The notes: generated by a model not told the origin, from the letters alone. A stretch of DNA of 63,999 bases, filler included, from a bacterium (GCA_040757115.1; 17 parts of 17 records of this genome joined end to end with filler, not necessarily neighbours in it), one strand, 5' to 3'; positions 50,753 to 60,761 are shown, counted from the whole stretch's first letter. Made by a program: numbers and translations.

Positions 50753-51190
50753 GTGACACAGAAAGAAATCTTCGAGTTTATCAACAAAAACATGTCTTGC
50801 ACGTTGGCAACATGCGTTGACAACAAACCCCATGTTCGCGGGATGTGGATGTATAGGGCTGATGAGAAAGGCATTATTTTTCACACGGGCGTGATGAGAG
50901 ACCTGTATAAACAACTTCTGACAAACCCTAATATTGAGTTGTGTTTTCATAATGCCGATCCGCAGAACTTAATGCAAGTCCGTGTCAGTGGAATTGCCGT
51001 ACAGGAAAACGACAACAAATTAAGAGAGGAGATTATTTCCCAAAGACCTTTCCTTAAGCCGATTGTCGCTCAACATGGGCAGGAGTGTATTGCTGTATTT
51101 CGCGTCAAAGAGATGGTGGCCAGTGTTTGGTCAATGGCAAAAAACCTCGAGCCAAAGGAAATTGTCGTCATAAAAGAAGGAGAGAATTAG
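50753..51190 (+). CDS. Cassette gene: pyridoxamine 5'-phosphate oxidase-like FMN-binding protein
   Basis: LATCVDNKPHVR...LYKQLLTNPNIELCF...QVRVSG; GTG start right after attC with RBS AAGGAG. Confidence 0.85.
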   Translation: MTQKEIFEFINKNMSCTLATCVDNKPHVRGMWMYRADEKGIIFHTGVMRDLYKQLLTNPNIELCFHNADPQNLMQVRVSGIAVQENDNKLREEIISQRPFLKPIVAQHGQECIAVFRVKEMVASVWSMAKNLEPKEIVVIKEGEN

Positions 51191-51282
51191 AGAGAATTAG
51201 GGTCTGACCTCGAATATAGAATTTAAATTTATAAAAAAGAGAAGATTAAGAAGAAAAGAAAAAGACGGCGGAGCAAATCTTT

Positions 51283-51414
51283 TCCTAACAAATCGTTGCA
51301 GCGGACGGCGGGGGACTATGCCGTGGTCAGAGTTTTGTGGTCTCTCAAAGTTTTATCTTGCTATCAAACTTTTGTGGTAATTCTCCCCGCCGCACCTGAA
51401 CTTTATCGTTAGTT
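51283..51414 (+). mobile_element. attC site 3 (132 bp)
   Basis: TCCTAAC...GTTAGTT. Confidence 0.85.
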
Positions 51415-51518
51415 GCCCCCAGCAGAAGACGAGAGTGCGTAGCGTGGCCGAGAAACCCGAAAGTTCCCAAAGAAGTTTGCCCGAAGGCGACTAAAAATAA
51501 ATCTATGCGAATTTTTAT

Positions 51519-52322
51519 ATGGAACCTTTAGAAATTATCCTTAAAAAAATTGAAGATTTAGAGAGAGATTTGTCTGCTGAAATCGTAGTCCAAGAAGAAA
51601 GTGGACATTGGGAATGGAGGACGGATTTAAAAGGTCCAAAATATGATGAAGATTTTTATGAAGGTGAAGTGTGGATCATAGATAGACCAAGAATAACAGA
51701 ACCAGACACTCAAAGAAGAGAAACAGCAAAAGCCGAACTACAAAAAATTCGTGAAAGTTCAGAATGGATTGCTGCAAGATATGAAGCAAGGGCTACTCTA
51801 TCTGGATGGGGTTATGTAAGAATAGACGATGAGGTTGATTTATGGTTTGATGAACTGAGAAAAAGGCTTACTAAAAATACTACTGTAGGAGAAGGATACA
51901 ACGTAGAAGAAGATTTAAGAACATTATATGAAAATACCACACCAGCAAATCATAAACTGAGGAGAAAAGCAGGAGAATTGTTAGGTATAGATGAAGTTGA
52001 TATTCTTGGTCACGAACTTTCAGTCTATCTAGGATCAAGTAATCTTTTTACAAGAGAACAAATAAATATGATTTATAAATCTGCAAAAGATGTTGAACAT
52101 AGAAGATTAGCTTCAAGACTTTTAGGTATAAATTCTGGAGATTTTTTAGCTTACGAATTACATCGTGGTGAGAAATTGAATGAAGATCAACAAAGAGAAG
52201 TATATAAATTCGCAACAAATGCGCAGGATAGAATACTTGCTGGAAATTTGTTGGGTTACTCAAAAGCAAGAATTTGGTTACATGAAAAGCTCCTTTGGGT
52301 AAAACAATGCTTAAGTGAATAA
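51519..52322 (+). CDS. Cassette gene: hypothetical protein with three C-terminal helical repeats
   Basis: RRKAGELLG / RRLASRLLG / RILAGNLLG, each followed by xxHE/YE. Confidence 0.7.
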   Translation: MEPLEIILKKIEDLERDLSAEIVVQEESGHWEWRTDLKGPKYDEDFYEGEVWIIDRPRITEPDTQRRETAKAELQKIRESSEWIAARYEARATLSGWGYVRIDDEVDLWFDELRKRLTKNTTVGEGYNVEEDLRTLYENTTPANHKLRRKAGELLGIDEVDILGHELSVYLGSSNLFTREQINMIYKSAKDVEHRRLASRLLGINSGDFLAYELHRGEKLNEDQQREVYKFATNAQDRILAGNLLGYSKARIWLHEKLLWVKQCLSE

Positions 52323-52363
52323 AAACCCAATTTTTCTCTTTCTGTTGCCAGAAGGCAAATTGC

Positions 52364-52426
52364 AACTAACAAATCGCTGAAGCTGACGGCGGGCAAGCCC
52401 GCCGCAGCTTAGCTCTATCGTTAGAC
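52364..52426 (+). mobile_element. attC site 4 (63 bp)
   Basis: AACTAAC...GTTAGAC; GCAACTAAC is the exact complement of the cassette start GTTAGTTGC at 51408. Confidence 0.9.
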
Positions 52427-52449
52427 GCTCGTGATTAGGAGGTTTTATC

Positions 52450-52815
52450 ATGGAAACCGAAGGACAGAAACAGCAATCAGCAGTGTCAGCCATCCAAAGA
52501 TCTGGAGACTTCAAGGCGAATGTGATGTGGATAATGATTCTTGCCGTCTATATGGCACTCTTTTGTGCAACTGGTTATGTTGCGTTTTTCAAGTACGAAG
52601 AGAATCCAGCGATCAACATTTCTCCAAAATGGATAAGTCAGTTTCAAGATCCTGAGACACGAAAACGTATGCTTGACACGTTGAAAGACGATTCCGCCAT
52701 GTTTGCAAAGAAACGTGAACTAGCCACGCAATCATTCAATGTAGTCTTGGGCGCTTTGTTGGGATTTCTTTCAGCATCGGCTGTATCAGCAACTCGAAAG
52801 AAAGATGGAGCCTAA
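52450..52815 (+). CDS. Cassette gene: two-TM hypothetical protein
   Basis: RBS AGGAGG; two hydrophobic segments; stop overlaps attC5. Confidence 0.7.
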   Translation: METEGQKQQSAVSAIQRSGDFKANVMWIMILAVYMALFCATGYVAFFKYEENPAINISPKWISQFQDPETRKRMLDTLKDDSAMFAKKRELATQSFNVVLGALLGFLSASAVSATRKKDGA

Positions 52816-52878
52816 TGAGTGGCTTCAGCGGATGTCCTATAGCTTCGCTTCCTGCCACCACTGATCCACCCGTTAGGC
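52810..52878 (+). mobile_element. attC site 5 (69 bp, degenerate left core)
   Basis: GCCTAAT...GTTAGGC with TCAGCGG/CCACTGA inner dyad. Confidence 0.7.
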
Positions 52879-53035
52879 AGTGTGCTTCGAAAAACATTAT
52901 TGCTACCCGGAGTAACGAATGGAATCATTTGAAATCATTAGTGAAAGGGAGATATTAGGGTCAAACCGTAAATGTGGAATGCACAATAATTCGGTGAGGC
53001 AGAGGAAAAGGAAAAGACAGCGAATCAGAGCTTTT

Positions 53036-53167
53036 GTCTAACCCTGCGTTGCAGTTGACGGCGGGGGACTGTGCCGTGGTCAGAGTTTTGTGGTCTCTCA
53101 AAGTTTTATCTTGCTATCAAACTTTTGTGGTAATCCTCCCCGCCGCACCTGAACTTTATCGTTAGCC
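53036..53167 (+). mobile_element. attC site 6 (132 bp)
   Basis: GTCTAAC...GTTAGCC. Confidence 0.85.
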
Positions 53168-53186
53168 ATCTTTACAAAAACGGAGG

Positions 53187-53903
53187 ATGAGACTAATGGC
53201 ACAGTACGAAATATTTACTGACCAACAAACAGCGTACCGCGCAGTTGAGAGGCTTTGCCTTCACCACGACCATGTCAAGACACTGACCGACTGTTACAAG
53301 TACATGCGCGAGCAAGAAACATACGCCCGGATGCAGGATCGAGATTTCCAATGTGATCCTGTCAAGATGAAACAATCGGAAACTTCATACTTTACCTCAC
53401 TAATAGTAAGACTTTCGTCCGAAGAAGGTAGGGACTTCTTTAGGGAAGTCAAACTGGCTTACGAAGAAATTGGTGGGCTTATTCGAAAATTCAATCCAGA
53501 AGCGACGGTCGATATTTACTTTGACACAGCTCACATAACCATCAAGTCCATTCTGGACGGCGTCCAGCAGGATGAAAGAACACTCAGAACATACGTTCCA
53601 CTGATAACCCCTATAGTGGACAAGTGGACAGAGGCACTGGGTGTGGCTACGCGGTTGTACGCAATGGGTCTGTTCACAAACTTACACCCCGGAAGAAGGC
53701 TATCAATTGGTGTGAAGTTCTATCCTTCACTACCACTGATTCAGATTATTAGAGGAGAAGTTGGCGTCGCGCTCTACGAAATTGGCAAGAACCTTCGGCT
53801 TCGACCAGAAGAGCAATTTCACACCATGCTTACTCACTCCACTGGCTTCCGAGCGCGGGGGCTCCAGTTTCCCTTACAGCCTAAATTCCCGCTTTTGATA
53901 TAA
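53187..53903 (+). CDS. Last cassette gene: putative 2H-phosphoesterase-fold protein
   Basis: Two HxT motifs (TAHITI, LTHSTG) about 100 aa apart; GC-richer than the host; no downstream attC. Confidence 0.5.
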   Translation: MRLMAQYEIFTDQQTAYRAVERLCLHHDHVKTLTDCYKYMREQETYARMQDRDFQCDPVKMKQSETSYFTSLIVRLSSEEGRDFFREVKLAYEEIGGLIRKFNPEATVDIYFDTAHITIKSILDGVQQDERTLRTYVPLITPIVDKWTEALGVATRLYAMGLFTNLHPGRRLSIGVKFYPSLPLIQIIRGEVGVALYEIGKNLRLRPEEQFHTMLTHSTGFRARGLQFPLQPKFPLLI

Positions 53904-53940
53904 CTATTCTTTAAAAAAATCAAGAAAATGCAAAAAAAGC

Positions 53941-53969
53941 TTGACTTTTTGTCAAGATATAGTTATAAT
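53941..53969 (+). promoter_or_regulatory. Sigma70 promoter for a gene starting at 53998 (cut by contig end)
   Basis: TTGACT-N17-TATAAT, then AAGGAGG and ATG. Confidence 0.65.
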
Positions 53970-54251
53970 ATTATTATAACTATAAGGAGGGGATATTATG
54001 GCATTTNNNNNNNNNNNNNNNNNNNNNNNNNNNNNNNNNNNNNNNNNNNNTTAATTAATTAANNNNNNNNNNNNNNNNNNNNNNNNNNNNNNNNNNNNNN
54101 NNNNNNTGCATTTTGATATTTATATTTGATATTTAATATTTAATATTTGATATTTATTTGTTGTCTCCCTCAAATCCTATTTTGCAGAACCCTATACACT
54201 ATTTTAACCTTTATGCTAGATTAAGACACCACCTAATCAGTGGCTGAATAA

Positions 54252-54719
54252 TTACCTTTTTTCTTTAAAAAACCTCTGGATTAGTTCACGACATTCTTGT
54301 TCTAAAATACCTTTTTTGACATTTAGTTGATGATTCAGAGATGAATGTTGGGCAATATTTATTATTGAGCCACAGGCACCTGTTTTCAGGTCATCGGCAC
54401 CATAGACTAAATTTTTAACCCTGGATAGAATTAATGCCCCAGCACACATAGCACAGGGTTCAATAGTAACATACATACTCGTATTAATTAATCGTTCATT
54501 TTTTAAATAGACAGCGGCTTTTTTAATTGCTAATATTTCTGCATGAGCGGTTGGGTCTTTAAGTTTGACTATTTGATTATGACCGCGAGCAATAATCTTT
54601 TCATCTAAAACAATTACAGTTCCGACTGGTATCTCTCCGAGTTTATAAGCCTTTTCTGCCTCGACTAAAGCCTGCCGCATAAAGTAAATATCATCTATCT
54701 GCCTTTTGTCCTTTGTCAT
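54252..54719 (-). CDS. tadA: tRNA adenosine(34) deaminase
   Basis: GEIPVG, DPTAHAEI, EPCAMCAGA, IQRFFKEKR; start moved because the ORF-track N-terminus crosses the tRNA. Confidence 0.95.
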   Translation of the reverse strand: MTKDKRQIDDIYFMRQALVEAEKAYKLGEIPVGTVIVLDEKIIARGHNQIVKLKDPTAHAEILAIKKAAVYLKNERLINTSMYVTIEPCAMCAGALILSRVKNLVYGADDLKTGACGSIINIAQHSSLNHQLNVKKGILEQECRELIQRFFKEKR

Positions 54720-54734
54720 CTGTCCTTTGTCTTC

Positions 54735-54811
54735 TGGCGCGCCTGAGAGGATTCGAACCTCCAACCTTCGGATTCGTAGTCCGCGACTCTGTCCAGTTGA
54801 GCTACAGGCGC
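54735..54811 (-). tRNA. tRNA-Arg(ACG)
   Basis: GCGCCTGTAGCTCAACTGGACAGAGTCGCGGA-CTACGAA-TCCGAAGGTTGGAGGTTCGAATCCTCTCAGGCGCGCCA: cloverleaf with encoded CCA. Confidence 0.95.
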
Positions 54812-55203
54812 CCGCTATAGCACTTATTAATCGAAATTTGACCCAGATATAGCTATGAAATTCCAAATCACAAATTCCAAATTCCATTTAGTGAATTAGT
54901 GAATTAAGCGAATTAGCGAATTAGTAAAATCTAATCTCTAATTCACTAATCTCTAATTCGCTTTTTGGTATGTGGAATTTGGTGCTTATTTGAGATTTGG
55001 TGCTTGGGATTTGGGATTTTTCCCTTATCCACCCTGAGTAAAATTTTGACTAATAACTGCTATATTTTAATATAACAAAGATTTTGATTTATGTCAAGTG
55101 TTTATTTCAAAAATAAAAAGTTGACATTTGGTCTAAAAAGTAGTATTATTTAGATAAAAATAAGATACAAAAGGAAGGAACAGTTACGAAAGGCTAAACT
55201 ATA

Positions 55204-56205
55204 ATGAAATTTGCTAATCCTGAGTTTTTCTACTTACTTTTTATCATCCCATTACTGATTTTGAATTATATCAAGAGAAGAAAAGGAGCAAACATAAAGT
55301 TTTCTGACCTGCAAGTTTTAAAAGAGATTCCCACATCTAAATCTTTGAAATATAAACATTGTGCGTTCATTCTCCGATTATTGTATCTTATTTTAATCAT
55401 TATCTCTGTTGCCAGACCACAACTATGTAGAACTGAAGGAGAGATTTTAACTGAAGGGGTGGATATTATTTTAGCCCTGGATATCTCCGGGAGTATGCAA
55501 GCAGAAGATTTTAAACCTCAAAATAGAATCAAGTCAGCCAAGCAAGTCATCCGTGAATTTGTTAAAGGGAGAAAAAACGATAGATTAGGACTGGTAGTTT
55601 TTGCCTCGCAAAGTTTTACTCAATGTCCATTAACCCTGGATTATGGAACATTATTGAGCCTATTAAATCAGGTCAATATTGGAATGATTGAAGATGGCAC
55701 AGCCATTGGAATGGCGTTAGTTAATTGTGTCAATAGATTAAAAGATTCACAGGCGAAAAGTAAAATCGTAATCCTTCTTACTGATGGAGTAAATAATTGT
55801 GGTAAAATTGACCCAATAACCTCAGCCCGTATCGCCCAGGCAATGAATGTAAGGATTTATACCATTGGTGTCGGCAAGAAAGGTGGTGCACCAATACCTG
55901 TTAACCACCCCATATTTGGTAAAATATACGCCCGTAATCCTGATGGTAGCCTGTTACTGACCAAAGTTGATGAAGATACACTTAAAACCATCGCAAATAT
56001 TACTGATGGCAAATTTTTCCGCGCAACTAATGAACATAAATTAAGTCAAATATACGAAGATATTGGTAAAATGGAAAAGACAAAAATAAAGGTTAAGGAG
56101 TATATGAAATATAAAGAGATATTTGGATATTTTCTTCTCCCGGCGATATTACTTTTATTAGCCGAGATAATTCTGGCAAATACACGGTTTAGACGGATAC
56201 CGTAA
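55204..56205 (+). CDS. batA: BatA-like VWA-domain membrane protein
   Basis: MKFANP...RPQ, DISGSM MIDAS, GTAIGMAL, LLTDGVNN, C-terminal TM ending RRIP. Confidence 0.85.
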   Translation: MKFANPEFFYLLFIIPLLILNYIKRRKGANIKFSDLQVLKEIPTSKSLKYKHCAFILRLLYLILIIISVARPQLCRTEGEILTEGVDIILALDISGSMQAEDFKPQNRIKSAKQVIREFVKGRKNDRLGLVVFASQSFTQCPLTLDYGTLLSLLNQVNIGMIEDGTAIGMALVNCVNRLKDSQAKSKIVILLTDGVNNCGKIDPITSARIAQAMNVRIYTIGVGKKGGAPIPVNHPIFGKIYARNPDGSLLLTKVDEDTLKTIANITDGKFFRATNEHKLSQIYEDIGKMEKTKIKVKEYMKYKEIFGYFLLPAILLLLAEIILANTRFRRIP

Positions 56206-56276
56206 GTACACAGGTTCTTTACGAAAAAAATCTTGACATCTTGAAGATTTTAATGTATTATATAAAATGAAAAGAA

Positions 56277-57608
56277 ATGAGAGGAATAACACAGATATTT
56301 TCATTAATATTTGATGCTATCTTAATTAACATCGGGATAATTCTTGCCTTCTTAATTAAATTCGGAGGAAGACTCCCTCAATCTAATTTTGAGGCATATC
56401 AATCTATGTGTATCCCCTTTACCCTGGCTATGCTTTTATCCATCTATGCCTTTGGCTTACCCAATTGGCGTAAGATAGATGATATTCAAAATAATACCTT
56501 TAAAGCAGTATCATTTGGCACATTGATAATTATGGCTATATCTTTTGCCAGTAAAAATATAGCGATTGCATTTCCTACATCTGTATTTGCTATTTCCTGG
56601 ATAATAAATACCTTATCATTGACTGGCTGGCGAGTTATAGCGAAAGAGATACATCGGCCGATTAAAAGAGTTTTAATCGTTGGAACAAATGATAAAGCAA
56701 CTGCAGTTGCCTCAGAAATAAATAGACATCCACACTCAGGTTATGAATTAATCGGATTTATCGGGGAAAAGGAGGTAAATAAAAGTGCTAATGTCTTAGG
56801 AGATTATGATGACCTGATAAAAACTGTTTATGAAAAAGATGTTGATGAAGTTATAGTTACGGTAGAACATACCTCAAATCCAAAATTGTGGGATACAATC
56901 TTAAATCATGAAAATAAAATCAGATTTAAAACTATTCCCGATGTATATGAAGCGGTTATTAGTAAAATAGGTAGTATCCAGTTAGAGGCAGTGCCTTTAG
57001 TTGAATTAAGTTTAGAACCTATCTCTGGCTGGAATAGAACCATAAAACGATTAATGGACATTTTCATTTCAGTTATTGCTTTAATTCTATTTTTACCGTT
57101 CTTGCCAATCATTATCATTTTGCTTAAATTAGATTCAAAAGGACCTATTTTTTATCGACAGGAAAGGGTAGGTAAAGGCGAAGAAAGATATAAGATATGG
57201 AAATTTCGGACTATGTATGTTGGAGCGGAAGACAAAACAGGACCAATTCTGGCAACCATAAATGATGAGAGAATAACTAAATTTGGTAGAACACTTCGGT
57301 TCTTCAGATTTGATGAATTACCTAATCTTTTTAATGTCCTGCTGGGACAGATGAGTTTAGTTGGTCCAAGGCCAGAACGACCGGAATTTGTGGAGATATT
57401 TAAAAAGACTATTCCTGGCTATCAACTGAGATTCAAGGTTAGACCGGGAATTACAGGATTATCTCAGATAAATGCCCCTTATGATATCCCGGCACAAATT
57501 AAAGCCCTTTATGATATCCTTTATATCAATAATTACACCTTATTTTTGGACTTTAAAATTATGCTAAGAACTTTATTAGTTATTTTAAGAAAACAAGGGG
57601 CACGATAG
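56277..57608 (+). CDS. Undecaprenyl-phosphate sugar phosphotransferase (WcaJ/WbaP-like)
   Basis: KRLMDI, KFRTM, DELPNLFNVLLGQMSLVGPRPERP, PGITGLSQ. Confidence 0.92.
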   Translation: MRGITQIFSLIFDAILINIGIILAFLIKFGGRLPQSNFEAYQSMCIPFTLAMLLSIYAFGLPNWRKIDDIQNNTFKAVSFGTLIIMAISFASKNIAIAFPTSVFAISWIINTLSLTGWRVIAKEIHRPIKRVLIVGTNDKATAVASEINRHPHSGYELIGFIGEKEVNKSANVLGDYDDLIKTVYEKDVDEVIVTVEHTSNPKLWDTILNHENKIRFKTIPDVYEAVISKIGSIQLEAVPLVELSLEPISGWNRTIKRLMDIFISVIALILFLPFLPIIIILLKLDSKGPIFYRQERVGKGEERYKIWKFRTMYVGAEDKTGPILATINDERITKFGRTLRFFRFDELPNLFNVLLGQMSLVGPRPERPEFVEIFKKTIPGYQLRFKVRPGITGLSQINAPYDIPAQIKALYDILYINNYTLFLDFKIMLRTLLVILRKQGAR

Positions 57609-57653
57609 ATTTTGGGTAACTATTCACCGCAGAGACGCAGAGGAACAGAGAAA

Positions 57654-57741
57654 AAAGGATTTAAATTAGATTGTGGATACCGGATAGATCTTTTAGTTGA
57701 AGAAAAAGTTATCGTAGAATTAAAAGCAGTCGAGCAACTAC
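57654..57741 (+). pseudogene. GxxExxY (PD-(D/E)xK) gene internal remnant
   Basis: KGFKLDCGYRIDLLVEEKVIVELKAVEQL directly after the CCGCAGAGACGCAGAG repeat, with the N-terminus missing. Confidence 0.8.
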
Positions 57742-58406
57742 NNNNNNNNNNNNNNNNNNNNNNNNNNNNNNNNNNNNNNNNNNNNTTAATTAATTAANNN
57801 NNNNNNNNNNNNNNNNNNNNNNNNNNNNNNNNNNNNNNNNNCCTGCCCTTCGTGCTCTTTGTGGTGAATAGTTACGAAATTTTTTTCTTCAATTATTGAA
57901 AAGTCTAAATGAATTTCCATCGTTGTAATATAAACTTTGGAATTTGGTGTTTGGGATTTGGTGCTTGGGATTTGGTGCTTGGAATTTGGAATTTATTTGG
58001 AATTTGGTGCTTGGAATTTGGAATTTATTTGGAATTTGGTGCTTGGAATTTGGAATTTCTATCTAATCTGTCCACTAAAAGATGTGGGTAATGATTAGGC
58101 CAAGGGGGGACATCAATTGAGTAGCGACAGAGCACTAGCATAATGGTGGAAATAGTGTAAGAAAAGGGGATATGGGGATTATGAAGATAGGGAGATATTA
58201 TTAAAAAAATTGAAATTAGTAGAAACTAATAGAAATTTATGGAAATTTGTTGTTTTCCACAATCAATTTCTACCTATTTCTATAAATTTCAATCTATTTC
58301 TATTATCTTATCTCCATATCACTTTTATCTCCTTATCCCCTTTCTTACACTTTTGATATATAGCCTGAACGGTTACAAACAGTCTAACAACCATTGAAAA
58401 ATAAAG

Positions 58407-60761
58407 ATGGGGAAGAAAAAAACTAAAAAGAAAAAAAATACATCAACTTTCTGGCAAAATATTTTTAGTCTAAAAGAAGATATTATCTCGATAAAACCAT
58501 TTGATTCCACAGAATATATTTGTGGGATTATTGTGTTTTTAGCTATTTTTTTGATTTATTTGAAAACCCTTACACCAGATATAGGATTTCATGATTCAGG
58601 AGATATGATACCTGCTTCTTTTCATCTTGGCATCTGTCATCCCCCCGGCTATCCTTTTTATAACCTTGTGGGAAAGACATTTTCAACACTCCTGCCCATA
58701 GGTAATATTGCGTATCGGTTCAATTTAATGTCCGCTATCTTTGCCTCTTTAGCGTGTATGATGGTGTATTTTATTACTTTAAAAGTAGGAAGTAGGAAGT
58801 GGGAAGTAGGAAGTAAAGAGAATAAACTCATCACTCATCTCTTATCCTTCATCCCTGCGGTGGTAGCAAGTTTTATGTTAGCATTTGCCGTTACCTTCTG
58901 GGAACAGGCAGTAATCGCCGAAAAATATGCTCTGAATGCCTTATTTGCCACATTGCTAATCTTCATCTTACTAAAGTGGGCAGAAGTAGTAACTACGGAG
59001 CGTGGAGCAGAGAGAACAGAGGGAAAAACTCAAAACTATCTTTACCTCTTCGCCTTCACCTTTGGCTTATCCTTCACCCACCATATGCAAACAATCTACC
59101 TGGTCCCGGCAAGTATATTTTTCATCATCGCAGTTTGTTATAAATATAAAATATCTTCACTCTTCACTCTTTACTCTTTATTTAAACTTTCTTGTATATT
59201 CATCCTGCCATTATTTCTATATTTGTATCTTCCTATCCGTGCCGCTTTTCATCCACCACTCAACTGGGGAGACCCAATAACACTTCCTCGATTTATGGAT
59301 TACATCACCTTAAAGGCTTATGCTCATTTTTTTGTCTCCTCTCCACAAGTCTGGTTGCAAAACCTCAAACATCATCTAACCCACTTTTTTACCCATCAAT
59401 TTACCTTATGGATTGTCTGGTTAGGAGTGATAGGATTGATCTTACTGATTGTCAAAAGAAAAATTACTGGTTTATTTTTACTTTTGATTCTTTTGACGGA
59501 TATTGCCGCATCTATTCGATACGGTATTTCTAACATAGAGGATTACTACATTCCTGGTTTTATCATTTTCAGTATTTTTATTGGGTATGGAATTATGAGT
59601 ATTGGAAAACTACTCTCATCTGTGGTCCGTAGTCCATTGATTATAACTCCGTTTATTTTTCTTCCCATCATTCCTTATACCACGCATCATTTTCATTGTA
59701 ACCACTCTAATTATTTCTTTGCCCATGATTTAGCGGTAAGTTTATTAAAAAATTTAGATACAAATGCCGGGCTTTTCTTGAAAGGGGATGTAAATGGTTT
59801 TCCGGTATGGTATCTTCATTATGTAGAGAATACCCGCAGGGATGTAGCTTTGATAGATACACCATTTTTATTTCAGGATTGGTATGCTCAGGAGATAAAA
59901 TACAAATATCCGGAACTGGAATTTAACCTTTATCCAACACAAGGCACAGAATTAGGCAAAGCAAGGTTTGATGAAATCTTGATAAATAATTTTAATAAGC
60001 GACCTTTTTATCAATATTCAGACGAACCTATGCCCAAAGGTTTTACAACTATACCAGTTTGGTTTTTCCTGAAGATATTAAAGACTGACACCTCCAATGT
60101 AACGATATTAAAAGAATTAGAAAAAGGTGCAACGGAAATGGTTTTGCGTGGCGTAGATAAGTTAGAGGTTTCAAAAGATGCAAAGGCGTTTGATGTCATT
60201 CGCAATTGTGCGGGAGGATATAACAATCGGGGAAATAACTATCTAAGTATGGGGATGAATGATGAGGCAATTGAAGAACTTAAAAAATCAGCTAATATTG
60301 ACTCCAATTTACCCATAGTCTATTACAATCTTGGTCGGGCTTATTCTAATAAAAAAATGGTAAATGAGGCGATTGTTAATTTCAAAAAGGCGGTTGAATT
60401 AAATCCCAATTTTAAAGATATTCACCGCACCATCGGAGGACTTTATGAAAATATAGGCAAAATCGATAATGCAATATTTGAGTATCTTCAAGAGGCAAAA
60501 GCCTTTCCCTCAGTTGAATTATACACCACATTAGCGCGACTTTATTATGGAAAAAAACAGATTGACAGGGTCATCGAACAATGTCAAAATATACTTCAAT
60601 TAGAGCCAGATAATTACGAGGCACGAAAAAACTTAGCCTCGCTTTATTTTACTCAAAAACGATTTCCAGATGCACAAAGGGAACTTACTACACTTCTCAG
60701 TAAGTATCCAAATGATAGCTATGCTCAAAATATGCTGATGACAATTCAAAAAACTCCATAA
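58407..60761 (+). CDS. DUF2723/TMEM260-like GT-C membrane protein with C-terminal TPRs
   Basis: HDSGD...LGICHPPGYP, WEQAVIAEKY, LNWGDP; TPR repeats in the last ~180 aa. Confidence 0.85.
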   Translation: MGKKKTKKKKNTSTFWQNIFSLKEDIISIKPFDSTEYICGIIVFLAIFLIYLKTLTPDIGFHDSGDMIPASFHLGICHPPGYPFYNLVGKTFSTLLPIGNIAYRFNLMSAIFASLACMMVYFITLKVGSRKWEVGSKENKLITHLLSFIPAVVASFMLAFAVTFWEQAVIAEKYALNALFATLLIFILLKWAEVVTTERGAERTEGKTQNYLYLFAFTFGLSFTHHMQTIYLVPASIFFIIAVCYKYKISSLFTLYSLFKLSCIFILPLFLYLYLPIRAAFHPPLNWGDPITLPRFMDYITLKAYAHFFVSSPQVWLQNLKHHLTHFFTHQFTLWIVWLGVIGLILLIVKRKITGLFLLLILLTDIAASIRYGISNIEDYYIPGFIIFSIFIGYGIMSIGKLLSSVVRSPLIITPFIFLPIIPYTTHHFHCNHSNYFFAHDLAVSLLKNLDTNAGLFLKGDVNGFPVWYLHYVENTRRDVALIDTPFLFQDWYAQEIKYKYPELEFNLYPTQGTELGKARFDEILINNFNKRPFYQYSDEPMPKGFTTIPVWFFLKILKTDTSNVTILKELEKGATEMVLRGVDKLEVSKDAKAFDVIRNCAGGYNNRGNNYLSMGMNDEAIEELKKSANIDSNLPIVYYNLGRAYSNKKMVNEAIVNFKKAVELNPNFKDIHRTIGGLYENIGKIDNAIFEYLQEAKAFPSVELYTTLARLYYGKKQIDRVIEQCQNILQLEPDNYEARKNLASLYFTQKRFPDAQRELTTLLSKYPNDSYAQNMLMTIQKTP

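Noticed and set aside
50397-53167. Three 132-bp repeats as CRISPR or ncRNA
   Set aside because: They have attC cores and flank ORFs; the integron reading fits better.
54720-54887. N-terminal extension of TadA in the ORF track
   Set aside because: It runs through the tRNA and a MITE; the real start is near 54719.
57909-58091. Trp/Gly-rich 60-aa ORF, and poly-Val ORF 35315
   Set aside because: Translations of heptamer and hexamer repeats with no RBS.
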